The position numbers and the translations under genes are program-made. The notes under the pieces are model-generated. The model did no database searches and had not been told where the DNA came from. It saw only the letters and a program-made list of their open reading frames with translations. This document shows positions 62,156-64,000 of a stretch of DNA of 64,000 nucleotides, one piece after another. Location: assembly GCF_006345805.1 (NCBI RefSeq), contig NC_043006.1:69564001-69628000 (forward strand), read 5' to 3'. Position 1 is the first letter of the stretch. Every line of letters begins with the position of its first letter. The DNA is from Octopus sinensis. Its lineage: Eukaryota.

Positions 62156-62229
62156 ATTCCCTCGATATCAAGTGTAGGTACCAGAACAAGTCGGCTCAGT
62201 TTCAGACACCGATCAGCTGCTAGTAATAG
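62156..62229 (+). other. Candidate exon (22 or 74 nt, or terminal)
   Basis: Strong acceptor ttttttttatatttccgaacag. Possible donors GTACCA (62178) or GTACCG (62230). Phase-0 frame IPSISSVGTRTSRLSFRHRSAASN. Confidence 0.25.
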
Positions 62230-63752
62230 GTACCGGATCACTCTGGTCCAATCTCAAACCCTAGTTCCTACTTAGCTGTCAAGCAGAGATACCTGATGAA
62301 AGTGGTTAGCCTCAGCCTACCACTCAGTCCTACTGGCTGTCAAGTATTGATACCACATAAATGTAATCCAGTTTCAAATCAGTCGATCGATCAGTCAACC
62401 TAGTTGTAAGCCATAGGCACTAGATCAATAATGTCCCAGTCTCAGACTAAAGTTCACCAATTTACCTAGCTGTCATGTATAAATGCTAGATTAATGTGGT
62501 CAAGACTCAGGCCATAGTCCACCATTCAGTACATTTAAATATCATAACCAGTTACTGGTATGTATACCATCGTACATAAACCGCTTGTAGTTTCAAAAGT
62601 TTGCTACCCGTTAAAAACATTACACATGGTGGACATTTTTGGTCACGTGGTGTAATCTGTTTGTCTAAAAATGTACTGAGGTATGTGCGTCAGTGTATTA
62701 AAAAGCACACGATGAGATGTATGCGTAACTGTATAAATAATATTCACTCACTGGGGTAGCTCTCCAGTCTTGCCTTTGCCGTGATGGCTACAACAAACTA
62801 AAGGACTAACAATCTCCGGGCCTTTGTGCGTGTTTGCTTGTGTGCCTGTTTTTCAGTGTACGTGTCTGTGTATATATTTGTCTTCTTGTGTACGTGCGTG
62901 TATGTGTAGATTTATTTGAGTACGCGTGTAAATTCCTGTAACAGTACTACTCACAATCACAACAGTTGGTGCTTAGATGAAAAATTTGCACTTGGTGTTT
63001 ATACAAACATGATACACTGAATGTGTGCATAAGTATATAAGCATTATATTCTAAAATATGTGAGTATAAGCTGACGTTACACACTAAAATGTGTATATGT
63101 AAAATATGTATGTATAAACTATTTGTATATATGCAAAAAAAGGGTATATAGTAGTTTCCTACTCAAAACAAATCTCGTGAGAAGTGAAGCTGAATTCCGA
63201 GTTTATTGATTTAAATACACAAGAAGTAAATACTATGTAGAAGAAAGGATACCAGCCTATCGTGTTTCCTATTTCAAACACATAAGTAACCAGAAAAGGG
63301 TTCCACAAGCTTCAACGATAGTCTCCTTCCCACCGCCTAATTATATATATATAAACATACTTGTACATGAAACGCAAATTAAAGGCTAATGGGGCATCCA
63401 TTTTATTAACTGAGACCCCCTAAATCGAAATTTTGACTACACCCATGGCTTATCTTGCTGTTATTTCCGTTATTTAGGTCAGTGTTTCTCATAGGGAAAA
63501 GGTAGGAGGTCTTCTCCCTCGTGAAGCTTAGTGTGGACTGAAAAGAAGTCTAACATATTGCAGTGTTTAATGAAATTATGTTTTGTTTTAAACATTTTAA
63601 ACCTGTCCATCGCCATGATGAAGAAAGAATTATGTATATGCAAAATCTGCTTTTCTGTTTCGTTAATACCGAACGGTTGGGGGTGCACGAGTTATCATTA
63701 ATATTTCATAGGGTCCCTATCATTTGTTAATTTGAGAACCTGCTTATTCAAG

Positions 63753-63940
63753 GTTACCGAACAATTTCTGAACAACAAGGAGCCATGACTCCTCCACCGA
63801 AGTTCAGAAAGAGAGTCTCAACAATGTCTCTTAATAATTTCTCAAAGAAGAATCAACCTAACAACACTTCCAAAAAGTATTACTACGCTCTATACGATTC
63901 CTTTTGCCATTGCTTGTTTGAAGGTGCCGTATGGTTTTAG
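63753..63940 (+). CDS. Candidate coding exon YRTISEQQGAMTPPPKFRKRVSTMSLNNFSKKNQPNNTSKKYYYALYDSFCHCLFE
   Basis: Non-repetitive open frame of about 70 codons (63731-63940), AAG acceptor at 63752, donor-like sites at 63924 and 63929. No homolog recognised. Confidence 0.3.
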
Positions 63941-64000
63941 GATAGCCAGAGGAACGATATATCTGGAACAAAGATATATGAGATGTAGCTAATCGCTCGG

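Overview
AT-rich eukaryotic genomic DNA, dense in microsatellites. It is most likely from an octopus; this is inferred from recognisable tRNA-derived SINE families and (TA)n/(CA)n/(GAT)n density, not from a database hit. There is no operon, rRNA, intact tRNA or CRISPR array, and almost every ORF in the supplied track is a translation of a microsatellite or SINE. The window is mainly intronic or intergenic. It holds about 40 SINE copies from at least five families, two composite Helitrons (one with a PIF1-helicase fragment), nested Tc1/mariner and pogo-type MITEs, hAT-like ends, decayed RLE-LINE and Penelope-like relics, several hammerhead-ribozyme-like motifs, and a near-identical 1.27-kb tandem duplication. 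A promoter-like region at about 45.3-46.8 kb and several splice-site-bounded candidate exons hint at host genes with long introns, but no host protein could be identified. The best-supported unusual observation is that 24893-26902 inserted as one Helitron unit, built from the 5' end of one family, unrelated cargo and the 3' end of a second family. The same 5'/3' pairing recurs at 5643-7462 with different cargo. Family letters A-E and H are my own labels, and many SINE boundaries are approximate.
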